Source: Rhizodiscina lignyota (taxonomy: Eukaryota). Taken from it: a stretch of DNA of 64,000 nt. Below are positions 34,139-45,832 of the stretch, one piece after another. The stretch is from NCBI GenBank assembly GCA_010015805.1, contig ML978121.1:2790001-2854000 (forward strand), in the 5' to 3' direction. The notes under the pieces were generated by a model. That model made no database searches. It worked only from the letters and a program-made list of their open reading frames with translations, and was not told the DNA's origin. The first letter of the stretch is position 1, and every line of letters begins with the position of its first letter. Position numbers and translations under genes: made by a program.

Positions 34139-37100
34139 CTAGTATTCTTCCCATCGAGGAGCCCACTCCATACCTGGATAACTCACTGCGTGCATAACAG
34201 GCTGCTCTTCCTCTTCATCAGCAGCCATGCTCCTCCGTTGTGGCCCACGGGGCTGACTCTGCTGCGGCAGTGGTCGCGGCCGTTGTGGTGGAAGAACGCC
34301 CTGTGGATCATATGCCGGCGGGTCGCTCGATGGATACCGTTGATGTCGGGGCGAGTGCGGCTGGTAGTGCGCCGGCTGTTGTTGCTGCAGGGGGTGATGC
34401 TGCAACGGAATTTTAGGCGGCGGCGGAGGTGGTAATTGCGTCGCCATTGGGTTGATCGGTGATGTGATACCACCTGGAGACATTGGGAGCGGATAAGTCG
34501 ATGGATCCATCCCGCCTGGCATTCCGTGACCTTGATACGGCTGCTGTGCGTACGGGTCGTAACCCTCCTGTGGGTGCTGTGGCCTAGGCTGCGCAATGCT
34601 GTGCTGAGGTGGCGGATATGCGTACATTTGCGGTTGTTGCTGCTGCGGTGATTGCAGCGGATGTGGAGACTGCACCTGTGCTTCCTCCTGTCTCTGCAGC
34701 TCGAGCTCTCTGGCTCGTGCTTGTTCTTGTGCCTCCATTTTGCGTCGAGCAATGATCTGTGGATCGAGATACAGAGTTGGCACCTGACCGTGTTGTTGTG
34801 GACTTTGCGGTGATTGAGCTTGGCCATGACCATGGCCATACTCTTGACTACGGGGTTGAGGAGCTGGGTAATCTTGCTGAGGTGGGTACTCTTGATACGC
34901 AGATGCTAGGGTCGGTGTGTAGTACTGCGGTCGTTGTTGGGCGTTCTGCTGTGCTCTCTGCTGTCGCATCGCCATAGCGTATTGCATACTATTCCGTCGG
35001 CTGCCATCATCTTTCTCTCCAAAGCCTTGATCGTGAGGTCCGAGGGCAGGATAATCCGAATAAGTGGTCTCTTCAGGCGGTGGGTAATACTGCTGCTGGT
35101 TCAGCATGGCCTCCTGCCGTGCCATCTGCTGTCGCACCATCATGGCATATTGAATGCTATCGCGCCGATCACCATCATCTTCATGTTCAGGTCCCTCAGG
35201 AAGAGCTATTGCCCAAGGTCGCTCCTGGTGCCGGCCATCTTCTCCAATAGATGGCATTCGAGGGGCATGTGGTCGACGACCCCATACGCTCTGGCCAGGA
35301 ATTGCAGGAGACGAGTTAGCTCTTGTTGGAGGTGCGCCAGACCCCATTGAGTTCGGGCTCAATGAGGAGACTCCAGACGACGCGCCAGAGGCGTGAGGCG
35401 AGAGCTGACCATAGGGACCGGTTGACGAGGCTCGAGCAGGACTTGCTCCGTATGGGGATGGCGTTAGTTGCTGTTGGCCTGAAAGGCGACGACTGTCTTG
35501 TGGTCGAGCAGGGCTTATGGTCCCATTGTTGTAGACCATTGGCTGAGGCTGCATACCAGGAAGAGAGGACTGTCTTTGGCGGTACTCGACTGGGCTGGTC
35601 TGTTGTTGCGCAATCGCATCAAATCCAGTTGCGCCTGGCGAATGACCAAATCCTTCAGGTGCATAATAACCCCCAGCAGGCGAGACACGTTCTCGCCGCG
35701 GCCCAACAGAATCCTGTTCGTCAACTTCCGGTACAGATTGAGCAGCGCGAAGACCCCGCCAAGTCCGGACAGACGATGTATGCGACGTATGAGGTCGTGG
35801 GGCAGGCTGTGGGACGGGTTGCGGTGGAGGGTGTCGCTGTTGAACAGGAGGTGATGGAGTAGACTTCTCGGCTATTTTCTGTAACTTCTTTGGCGCATGT
35901 CCAGTCGTGCCTGAACGTCCAAAGATGCTGCCCAAGGAGGAGAATCTCTTTTTCTTTTCCCCGCCGTCAGCGTTTGTAGCTGCACGCTCGAGTTTCTTGC
36001 TGGCTTTCTTCTGAATCCCCTTTGCGGGCTTTTGCTCCTCGCGTTGTCGCTCAACTTGGCTCAAGTAATGGATCCTCGTGGGTGAATCACCAGCTTGGCC
36101 CATAGTACTGTCCGTGGTGAATATTGAATCAGCACCAGCAGTGCCAGGCCTGGTAAAGGAACTCCAGAGACTCCCTTTGCGACCCTTGCTGCTCTCATTT
36201 GGCGTGGCTGGTGGCACCGTGGATATAGAGGTGCTGGACAAACCACGCAGATTTGGAGGAGCAACAAGTTGCGGATTGATCCTCGTATTTGCCTGAGATT
36301 CGGTAGCTGCAGGAGATTCCCTGCGGCTTGGTCCTCTAAGAAAACCAGTTCGAGAGGGTGGTTTGCCATTTGCAGGGGACACGTTTGGTGGGCCAACTCC
36401 TGGAAGCTGATATTCGGCTCCAGTGTGCTGTCGCGGATCGATAACTTGTCGACTAAAGGGTTGTTCACTTATTCCTTGAAAGGCCTGCTGCTGTCCAGGT
36501 TGTTGAGGCTGCCTCACTCTAGGTATAGAATCGTCTTTCGGTGGAGGCGGTGGGCCTTCCAATTGTCGAGAATTCCTCCTCACATGAGTGGCTCTGCGGG
36601 GTACGTTCCTAGGCTCTGTAGGGCTTGAGTCTTGTGGTACATGCTGCGTAATTTCTTGGCGATCGATTGGCGTCTGCGGAATTGGCGGCCGAGCACGTGG
36701 CTGTTGGACTCGAGGTTCTTGTTGTACCGCAGGAGGTTGCTGCACTTGAGGCGGGGAGAGTGATTCCTCCTGGATCATGTCATGCAACTGATTAATCTGC
36801 TCTTGCCCAGGGTTCCCACTCGAATCTCGAGGTAGAGGCACAAACGACATCGGTCGTTCAACTGGGAATGAGGGTCTCGGCATACGCTCGGCTTGAACTG
36901 GTGGCAGCAAAGGGCTCACGGAGGGTTTTTGGTAAATCTGCTGGTTGGGAATACTCGCGTCTGGTATCTTTGACGGCGGTGGTGGTGCTAGAGGCTCGTG
37001 TGCTTGTTCCTCGATTGTGGCTTTGCGCAGATCGTCCACATCAGGTTCGTGGACAACATGTCGCTCTCCTTGCACGTCCCTGCTAACAGCCTGCTCTGGC

Positions 37101-38854
37101 ACTTGCAACTGCGGTATTGAGCCTACCTCCATGTTTGAAGGTTGGACTCCTCGCTCTGCTCCTGGTTGAGTTGGCCTGCTGTCACTCCGGGGCGGGATTC
37201 GTGGTTTCGGCGCTGCACCACCATACAAAGAATCCTCATCATCAAGCTCAACCTCCCTCTCTTCTGCTGGAGTCTGCCAATTTTCTCGCTGCGGTTCCTC
37301 AACCTCCTCATTCTCTTCTTTCTCGTCCTTTACGCTACCAGCATCCTGGTGGCTAACTCGCTCCCACGTATCAACCGTTGAAGCTCTCGATGGAGCCAGC
37401 ATCTCCGCTTCCTTCTCCAGCTCACCCGTAGGGACCTCATCTTGCGCCGTCTCTTCACGCTTCTGCTTCTCATCGTCTCGTTCCTCCTCATCATCGCTGA
37501 CATCGAGCCAACCAGCCTTCCTCTCTCCATACTCTACTTTTCTCGTTACGGCATCTTTGCTCTCGCGACCTTCATCTGAGATCGGACTCACATCAGGTCT
37601 CGAGCTCTTACTCTCCTCCCTCTGCACACCTGGGGCAGCAGGTATCTCTGGTTGAAGGCTTTCCTCTTCATGTTCGGGGGCTTCGGATTCCTGAATCTCG
37701 AGTTCATTTGTCTCGGGTTCCTTGGACATCGGCTCCTGAGACTCCTCGGTGGCCGTGACTGGCCTTGCAGAAGAAATACTCGCTGCACCAGACCCTCCGA
37801 GGGGGTCTCCCCTCTCCGTCCGCGGCGTCGGAGCACCAGAAACCTGACCAAGGTTTGGCAGTGGAAGTTCGGTCTCGTACACTCTGCTCTGCCTTCTGCT
37901 TTCGATAGCCTGGAGTGGTGGGCTTGCATGCCGAACGATACTGTCAATGAGCTTGCTGTGCCTCGTATCTTCGGCATCTTCCGTCGAAAGATCCGTCCTG
38001 ATAATACGCGGCTGCGGGCTCGCAAATACTTCCGGCTCGTGCTCGATGTCCTCTTTAATCGTCTGGTTTGGAGCCGCATCCGCATCCGCATCCCCCTCCG
38101 CCGTTGGCGATGGGGGTTCCGAGTGCGAAACGTTGAACGCGTCATGCGTTGGGGTCGGTAAAACGCCTAATCTACTCATTGCCCTTTCTTCTTTTTTCTC
38201 CTCGCCCTTCTCAGGCGGGCCGCCGAAAATGTCCGGCGCGGGCGGCATGATGGGAGGAATCTGCCCAGGGGCGTACGAAGCGCGTCTATCGAGTACAATG
38301 TCCGGCATTCCAGATGCAGAGGCTGATCCGAACGCGTAAGACGCGCGGCGATCTCCGCGTGCAGGGATGGCAGGGATGCTGATATCGTGGCCAGGGAGCC
38401 CTGGTACCATGAAAGTGTCATTGCTTGGCACCGCGATGGAGTTGGGCCGGGAATTGCGACGGAAGCCTGAAAAAATTCGTCGCGCTCTACTTTCTGTCTC
38501 TTTGGTGCTGGCATGGACGAGCTCAGGTTCACCTACTTGGATTGGCATTGTTACACTGCGCTGGGGAAATGGGTCTTTGGGCATGTCTGGGATGCCTGCA
38601 GCTTCGTCGGGGTTCACGGTGGAAGACGGGCGCGAAAGTCGACGGAATGGCGAAAGGCGACGCTTCTTTGGTGTAGATGTGCCACTGCCGTCGGTTTTAG
38701 AATCCGACGTCCCGTGTGAACTCTTGGGAAGTGGCTCAGTCGGGATCTCCGGGATAGAATCGCCCTCTGAGATCGCCACCGAAGATGGGCGAGACAATCG
38801 GCGGAAAGGCGACATTCTTCTCTTATTAGACGTTTCCTCTGCTGGCTGAGTCAT
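34139..38854 (-). CDS. Large low-complexity, probably disordered hypothetical protein (1571 aa)
   Basis: 4.7-kb uninterrupted ORF, rich in P/Q/S/E, with short motifs (ERPMSFVPLPRD, EYQLPGVGPP, KKKRFSSLGSIFGR, ERPWAIAL) and C-terminal SYPGMEWAP. Confidence 0.85.
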   Translation of the reverse strand: MTQPAEETSNKRRMSPFRRLSRPSSVAISEGDSIPEIPTEPLPKSSHGTSDSKTDGSGTSTPKKRRLSPFRRLSRPSSTVNPDEAAGIPDMPKDPFPQRSVTMPIQVGEPELVHASTKETESRARRIFSGFRRNSRPNSIAVPSNDTFMVPGLPGHDISIPAIPARGDRRASYAFGSASASGMPDIVLDRRASYAPGQIPPIMPPAPDIFGGPPEKGEEKKEERAMSRLGVLPTPTHDAFNVSHSEPPSPTAEGDADADAAPNQTIKEDIEHEPEVFASPQPRIIRTDLSTEDAEDTRHSKLIDSIVRHASPPLQAIESRRQSRVYETELPLPNLGQVSGAPTPRTERGDPLGGSGAASISSARPVTATEESQEPMSKEPETNELEIQESEAPEHEEESLQPEIPAAPGVQREESKSSRPDVSPISDEGRESKDAVTRKVEYGERKAGWLDVSDDEEERDDEKQKREETAQDEVPTGELEKEAEMLAPSRASTVDTWERVSHQDAGSVKDEKEENEEVEEPQRENWQTPAEEREVELDDEDSLYGGAAPKPRIPPRSDSRPTQPGAERGVQPSNMEVGSIPQLQVPEQAVSRDVQGERHVVHEPDVDDLRKATIEEQAHEPLAPPPPSKIPDASIPNQQIYQKPSVSPLLPPVQAERMPRPSFPVERPMSFVPLPRDSSGNPGQEQINQLHDMIQEESLSPPQVQQPPAVQQEPRVQQPRARPPIPQTPIDRQEITQHVPQDSSPTEPRNVPRRATHVRRNSRQLEGPPPPPKDDSIPRVRQPQQPGQQQAFQGISEQPFSRQVIDPRQHTGAEYQLPGVGPPNVSPANGKPPSRTGFLRGPSRRESPAATESQANTRINPQLVAPPNLRGLSSTSISTVPPATPNESSKGRKGSLWSSFTRPGTAGADSIFTTDSTMGQAGDSPTRIHYLSQVERQREEQKPAKGIQKKASKKLERAATNADGGEKKKRFSSLGSIFGRSGTTGHAPKKLQKIAEKSTPSPPVQQRHPPPQPVPQPAPRPHTSHTSSVRTWRGLRAAQSVPEVDEQDSVGPRRERVSPAGGYYAPEGFGHSPGATGFDAIAQQQTSPVEYRQRQSSLPGMQPQPMVYNNGTISPARPQDSRRLSGQQQLTPSPYGASPARASSTGPYGQLSPHASGASSGVSSLSPNSMGSGAPPTRANSSPAIPGQSVWGRRPHAPRMPSIGEDGRHQERPWAIALPEGPEHEDDGDRRDSIQYAMMVRQQMARQEAMLNQQQYYPPPEETTYSDYPALGPHDQGFGEKDDGSRRNSMQYAMAMRQQRAQQNAQQRPQYYTPTLASAYQEYPPQQDYPAPQPRSQEYGHGHGQAQSPQSPQQHGQVPTLYLDPQIIARRKMEAQEQARARELELQRQEEAQVQSPHPLQSPQQQQPQMYAYPPPQHSIAQPRPQHPQEGYDPYAQQPYQGHGMPGGMDPSTYPLPMSPGGITSPINPMATQLPPPPPPKIPLQHHPLQQQQPAHYQPHSPRHQRYPSSDPPAYDPQGVLPPQRPRPLPQQSQPRGPQRRSMAADEEEEQPVMHAVSYPGMEWAPRWEEY

Positions 38855-39261
38855 GGCGCGAGCAAGAGGTTCTACTTGGGATGAATGAGTCGACGAATCG
38901 GAGGCGGTCGAGGAAGGGAAACCCTAGAGGAGCACATATATCAACCCGAGTTCAATGCGGATGTCTTAAACGGGAAGTTGAGAACAAGTGGATATTAGAA
39001 AGATCATTACTAGGATACATCCTATTGGTACATGCCAAAAAGGTATGCAGTGTTTCTCGTCACAGCATCGTCGGATCAATTCATGTTTCTTGACCCCATG
39101 CTCTTGTGCTCGTCGAAGCATATTCCCCCACCCAGGTTGCCGTGTGATAAAAGATTGGAGACAGGAGCAACAAATGAAATCGAAAATGTGCGCCGTAACA
39201 GGCCTTGCATTTGTAGGCCAGAGGAAGATGCATTCATGGCGTCTTCAATAAAAGAAAAAGA

Positions 39262-42200
39262 TCAATCTACCTTGTCACCACCTCCACTGCCCCGGAACCT
39301 GCTCCTCCCCTTCGCGAACAATCCCTTCGCACCTGTCGTCGCCTTTCCACCAAGCGCACCCGCACTGGTCAAGAGCTCTTTACCCATCTTCGCCCCAACA
39401 CTAGCACCACCAGGTCTGTGCCCCGAAGTTCCGCCGGATGGACCGGACGAAGAACCTTGCTGCGTTGTCATCGTGTCGAGATTCTGAGACTGGTGAGGGG
39501 ACGTAGGAGACAACATGTTCGTAAACTTCGAAATAGAAGGAGACGCTCTGTGACCTATCCTCCCACCTGGCCCAGACGTGGGACGTGATGTGAGAGTGAA
39601 CGGCTGCTGCGAAAGCAAGTTGCTGTGCTCAGGATGGGTGGTCATTGTAGTAGAAAGCCAGCCCCGAAGGCCAGTATCCATTTCAGCCCACTGCTCCCGT
39701 GAGCTGTTGAGAACCTTGATTCTTTCAGTCGGATTTGGAATAGCAGCAATTTCGCGGAAAGGAACTAATCGATGCTTCTGCTGTGTTGTGACAGGCGAGA
39801 TATGCACCGGTTGAGGTTCCGATGCGAGATCCTTCTCTTCGATAGGCTTAGGTTCTTGCTCTGCGAATGGTTCCTGCGCCGTGAGTGGCTCGTGCTCTGC
39901 TATAGTCTCACCAGTGAGAGGTTCGACTTTTTGTGCTGAAGGCTCTTCTTCAGGCTGAGGTGTCTGAAGCCTAGGCGGAATATCCACAGCTTCTTCATGC
40001 CCGGTCTCATTAATTACACGGAGACCATGAGGAGGTGACATTGTACGCTCTGGTGATGCGTGCTCAGGCATCGCTGATGGAGAAGTGACATCAGTGACCA
40101 TAGCGCCTGACGTTGAGATTTCAGGCACTGGATAATGTGGTTGAGCTGGCTTAGACCCCTCGGGCTCTGGCTCATGAGCAGCAAGTTCCGCAGCACCGGC
40201 ACCAGCGGCAGTGGCACCGGCACCCGTTCCCACGATATCAGCGAAATCACCACTGTCTTTGCTCCTCTCCCAGCTAAAGCGCTTGTCCAGAAAGGCGGGC
40301 CGTTGACTCTTCTCGGTGGGTGCTGGCGATGCCTCTTCTGGTATGTCTTCAGGTCTCTCGCTCATCATTTCAACACCTCGAGGTCCAACCTCAACTTCAC
40401 CTGGCATTTGGCTATACCTGCTGCCATCCGGCCTTGCGCCTTCCCAGTACGTGTCGTACTCGGAAGGAATAACGCCACTGCTGCGATTCGATGATTGATC
40501 AGGCACTTCGAGGCCTGTGTTTTGAGGCGCTTCTGACGGGTCCTTCTCAGGGCTGAGCGTACGGACAATGTCTTTTCGTAGCCTATCACTTTCCTCATCA
40601 TCGGTAGCTGTGTCCATGCTGAGATGAGGAAGCATCGGTGGTCGTAGCGGAGATGAAGCCAGGAGGCTTTCAGAGACCGGTGCATTACCCTTCAAAGGCA
40701 CAGGCGGCGGTGGCATGTCCTCAGCACTATCGCTAGTCTCACCGTACTGGTCAAGCGGTGCTACCTCACCATCTTTTGGCGGCGGAGTAGGCGGTATTGT
40801 TGAGACAGTCGACTCCATTCTATCCGGAGCCAGTGGTCGCGCAAAGATGTTGCCAGTTTCGCGTTTTGTCGGCGATAGATAATCAGGTTCATGTGAAGGT
40901 GCAAAATCTTCAGTAGCTACGTCTGAGCTCGGTGGAGCCTCACGAACAGGGTCACCCATACCGACAGATGCCTTGAATGCTTCGCCCATGGCAGTGCCAG
41001 CGGCTGCAAGCGCCGCCATCGGGTTAGTAGCAATACTTGGAGATTCATCTTTGGCTTCTCGAGCAGATAGGGGATGTCTACTGGTGGTCGGCGTTAAGTC
41101 GATCTCTTCTGTAGTCGGTTCTTTCTCTGACACAACAGCCTCTTGATATGTGATACCCGGAGGCTCATTATCATGCAGGTCTCGCTCCACATCACTGTCG
41201 TTTGGAGTGCTATCCGGCCGACTTGTGGAAAAAGACTCCCACTGTCCCGGGAGCTGAGGCCTGAAACTAGGCTTCGATTCCATGGATGGTCGTTCCGCTG
41301 GAATTTCAATTGTCTCTGCACCTTGCTTCCCCGAGCCACGTGAGCCAATTGAATGGGAAGAGTTGCGACGAGAGTTCGATTCGGCAATGTCGTCAAATCT
41401 GCCCGCGAGCTCCTGGACTCGACTCTTTGAAGGTGATTGTGATCGGCTCTTGGCCGGGCTTTCAGGCCGCTTCGTGTCGATTGATAGAGGCATATCCTTA
41501 TGAGAGTCCAAGAAGCCTGTCTGAAAGCCTTTAGCAGTTTCTGCTGCTTCTAATGATTCCTCTGAGCCTGGCCTGATGGAAGCTTTATTCACCGACTCGG
41601 CCAGGTCTGCTTCTCGTGTCTCAGGGCTGGCGAATTGGGGCGATCCCTCAGATTCTATTGCAAGCTTGGCAACTTCCGGTTCTGGCAAGTCTTTCTGTGC
41701 CTCAATTGCAGGCGAGCGTGCAGGACTGCCACGTGACGGAGGCGTGTTCAAGTCGTGTCGATGTCCAGGAAGATGAGCTGCAGATCCAGCTGAACCTTCT
41801 CGTGAATGTGCTGGGGAAGGCTTCCTGGGTATCGACATTGACACAGGCCTAGAGTTTTCACCGGGCTCTTCTGCGATCGCAGGTGTTTGTGAGAGATCGA
41901 TGGCTGGAACTTGAGTGTTCGCTCTGGCCGCAGCTGCAGCACCAACACTAGGCACGCGGCTCATAATCGGACTAATGCCCGCAGTGCTATCAGTGTTACT
42001 ACGAGACATGTCTGAGCCCGTTGGAGCAGAACGGAGGCTGCTCTGCTTCGACATCGGGGTATCGGGAACGGATTTCTCGTCGTCCGGTCGCTCGAAAGCA
42101 TGTTGTACCGCAGATCGAAATCCGAGAGAGGGCTGATGTTGGAGTCCAGTATCTGTTTGCTGCTCAGGCTGCATGTCACGATGCTCAGTTGCTGACTCAT

Positions 42201-43474
42201 GCGAGGTTCCCCAGAGACCACTGCCGAAATCAGAATCATGGGTGAACTGAGGAAGAGTTGGAGCGCCGCTTTGTGCAGTTTCACTTGGACGGTTCGTCGG
42301 CTCTGCAGTCCGAGGCGCAGGCATAGCTTCTCCCGTTCCTGATGGCAAGCCATACTCGCTCTTTCGCTCTGCAACAGTAGCCAAAGGTGTTGCCCTCAAA
42401 TGACTGCTTGAAGTAGAACTTCCACCTTCCTCTCTAACACTATCTAAACTTGTGCGTTCGCGGGGTGTACCTGAGCGTGCATCTTCTCCAGGTCGAAGGA
42501 TTGAATCCATACTTGGTCTATTCGACTCTTGCGATGCCCGCTCACGAGCTCTTTCTTCCTCCATCCGCTTGTAAATGTCTGCTGGTCTTATGAATGGAAG
42601 CTGTTTCGAGGTGTTGGTTGGCGTTTGCTGGCGAGGCCCGGCATCGGCGGGTGTCGCTCTGGTAGGTGACGTAGGAGAGTTGGGCTGGCTGAGACTGCTC
42701 TTGCGTGGTGGAAATCGTGCCTGTGGTGTATCCGCAGAATCCTGAGGCGTTCCTGGTTGTGGTGTTCGCGACTGGAGAGGTGCCGGCATTGCTGAAGGAG
42801 AAAAGTCTCTCCTATTCGTATAATCAATCGAAGACGGCACTTCACTTGCGGCAGACTGCGCGAAGCCTCCAGCGCTGGGATATCGGCTGCTTGAGGTAGC
42901 AACGCTATCTCCACGTTGACGAGGCTGAACATCTGTTTGGACTTGAAGTGGAGCGCGACCAGGGGCTCCAGGAGGCGGACCATATTGCGCGGTTGGCGAG
43001 GACATTTGCGGAAACTCGCCATAGCCTGGCGGTGGTTGCGTTCCAGCAGAGAATGTACGCCGTTCGTCGCCTTTTTCGAACGAATTGGAGCGATTAAGAT
43101 TTTGAGTAGGCATCCCAACTGGATTCGTGAAGCTTCGTCCTCCAGAAGCTGATGCTTGCCCTTCTACTGACTGCCCTCGTTGGCGCAACCCAGTCGCCTT
43201 CTGCGGCTGGGGCGGCGGGGTCTCGACGCCATACTCATCGTCTTCGTCGTAGTCGCCCCAATCATCGCCCTCATACGAGTATGCCTTCGCCTCTACCCAC
43301 TTTTTTGTTTTGGCGCGATTCACATTGGTCTTGAATGAAGGTGGCTGTCCGGATGTGAAAGGACTCTGTGGTTTTCGATCACTGTGAGAGCTGGTTAGCC
43401 TTGGAAAGGAGTTTTAGGCTCCGAGTGTCTGCGTACAACGGTGATCTTGAGTCTTGAGGAAATGGAGAGGTCAT
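39262..43474 (-). CDS. Large probably disordered protein, possibly Fyv8-like (~1385 aa)
   Basis: ATG at 43474 and intron 43382-43436 give MTSPFPQDSRSPFDRKPQSPFTSGQPPSFKTNVNRAKTKKWVEAKAYSYEGDDWG. The N-terminal W..A...SY.G..W motif recalls yeast Fyv8 (from memory). Other islands: FIRPADIYKRMEEE, SFRPQLPGQWESF, ESDRLRKDIVRTLSP. Confidence 0.8.
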
Positions 43475-44013
43475 GATCGTATACCAGCCTCGACCTCAGT
43501 AACGGACTGTCTAGCAGAAAGAGCCGGGGGCTACAGAGCTCAGCACCAGCGCGGCGACAGCATTGGCGAGTTGATTCGAGGGTAGAGCGCGACTTAGGAG
43601 GTTCCAGAGGGACAAAGAGCTGCCATACAAGTGGGCTGGAGGATTGTACTCGGTGCGCGTTGATGCTTGAGAGACAGCGGAAGTGTGGTTAGGGTAACGA
43701 GGAGGCTCGTCTTCGCTGTCGTCTTTGCAGCACAGAGGTTGGTCAACTTTTATGCACGTATCCCGGTGATCGGCGTAAGATCAAGGCCACTCGCCGGTTT
43801 TTAGCAACAAAAGACACCGCTGTCCAGCGTTAAGTGCGCTCTGCGCAAATTGAAAACGAAGCGAGCGAAAACGACGGACGTTAAGGACAATTGTTTCTCG
43901 CGAAAGGAGGAGAAGAAACAGGCTTGCACGTCGCCTGTACATGTAGCCAATCACCTGCGCTGCGCCTCCCGAGGACGCGTGACGACGATTGCAAGGCCTT
44001 ACTTCATACTGTA

Positions 44014-44337
44014 CAGTAAACTCTGTACTAAAGGATATTCGGTCATTAGAATACTTCCTAGTTAACGATACGTACCGCTGTAAATTTCAAATTTGGGTGG
44101 GAAATAAGAATACTCTGGGATCCTACGATATCGCAGTATTTCCCTGTTTTTAATCGTTCCGGAGTGAAAATTTTAAGGCTCTGATTGGCTGATTCTTTAT
44201 GGCCTAGGAGATTTCGGCTTAGCTCCCCCCCGTGGCCAGGGTCAAGGCTGCCAAGGCCTGTCTTACTAACATTTTCTATTACAATACCTCCTATACCGCG
44301 ATCAAAACTGCTCACATCGTTAAGTCAGGGTTTACTG
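44014..44337. mobile_element. MITE family 2 (324 bp, Tc1/mariner/pogo-type)
   Basis: TA-CAGTAAACTCTGTACTAAAGGAT ... ATCGTTAAGTCAGGGTTTACTG-TA: imperfect ~22-bp TIRs starting CAGT, TA on both flanks, no transposase ORF. Confidence 0.8.
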
Positions 44338-44719
44338 TATTAAGATAATTTGCAAGATCTACTGCACTAAGCGTCCGACTTTAGCTCATGGAGCATTAGC
44401 GCGTACTCTGGGCTGGTGCCGTCTGGAAAGTTGAAGCGCTGATGAAAGGCTCGCCGCCAACGTCGCAACGTCGTAACTCCAATCCCAACCTCTTCTTTCA
44501 CACTCCACACGCATTTCAACGCAGAACTCATATCGAACGTACGACCATCGACTCTCTAATCGAAATCATCCCCGTCCATGTCGAAACGCATCTCCTAGAC
44601 CAAAACGAACACAGCCTCTAACACATCCTCTCAACTCGACCCATCCTGTGAACGACGACTTCGCGCACGAACCGCTCTCCCCGGCTGTCCTCCATCCGCT
44701 TTCATCACATATGCTCACA

Positions 44720-45832
44720 ATGGCGACGACAACTTCGATACAAGACCGCACAGGCGAATTCCGCTCTATCCTCCAGCAGGCCCAGCGGCGCGCCACCTCA
44801 TCCAAGGTCGGCCCTCAACGACAGTCGCTCCTCTCGTCCTCCGAAAAGCAAGCCGCCAATGGATCGGCAGACTCAGTAGCGCGACAGCGCTCTGAATTCG
44901 CCAAAAAAGCAGCAGAAATTGGTCGCGGCATCTCTGGGACAATGGCAAAGTTGGAACGTCTTGCGCAATTAGCGAAGCGGAAGACTCTCTTCGACGACCG
45001 GCCTGTCGAAATCAATGAATTGACATTCGTCATCAAACAAGATGTTTCTGCTCTGTCAACGCAAATCGGCGCATTGGAGGCGCTCAGTAGATCGCAACAT
45101 CCTAATATACGACCAGGCGGTGCAGACCAAGAAGGCGAGCACAACAACAGCGTAGTCTTCATGCTGAAGGGCAAATTGAAAGATGTATCCATGGATTTCA
45201 AGGAGGTGCTCGAGGTCCGCACCAAGAACATCCAGGCCAGCCGCAGCAGGACAGAAAACTTCATTTCCTCGGTTTCCGCACACAGCAATCCATCAAGCCT
45301 TGATCCCTCTCGGACAGATTCGCCACTATATCAAACTCCGAATCGTGGACCTTCGCCAAAACCAGGCTACACGCAAACCGCTGCCGCACAGTCCGACCTC
45401 TTATCTCTCGATCCTTCATCTTCATCTTCCGCACTCGCTCGCATGGGTCCACAATCAGACCAGCAACTTCTCATGATGGAAGAGGCACAACCGCAGAATA
45501 CGTATATCCAGCAGAGAGGAGAAGCAATCGAGACTATTGAACGAACAATTGCAGAGCTTGGTGGTATTTTCGGGCAGTTGGCACAGATGGTCAGTGAACA
45601 GGGCGAGATGGTGCAGAGAATCGACGCAAACACCGAAGATGTCGTGGATAATGTAGAGGGTGCGCAAAGAGAGCTGCTGAAATACTGGAGCAGGGTGCAA
45701 GGTAACCGATGGCTGGTAGCGAAGATGTTTGGTGTCCTAATGATCTGTAAGTGACCGTGGTTGCATTGCCTTGCGGACGACAACTGACATGAGCTTCTAG
45801 TCTTCCTCCTCTGGGTCCTAGTAGCTGGCTAA
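44720..45832 (+). CDS. SED5: Cis-Golgi t-SNARE syntaxin-5
   Basis: SIQDRTGEF N-peptide; LAKRKTLFDDRPVEINELTFVIKQD; SNARE motif IERTIAELGGIFGQLAQMVSEQGEMVQRID; TM anchor split by intron ~45747-45800 (MIFFLLWVLVAG*). Confidence 0.96.

Noticed and set aside
34139..43474. Leashin (Woronin body tether) locus
   Set aside because: Tandem large low-complexity genes are suggestive, but the proteins are much shorter and I recognise no Leashin-specific regions.
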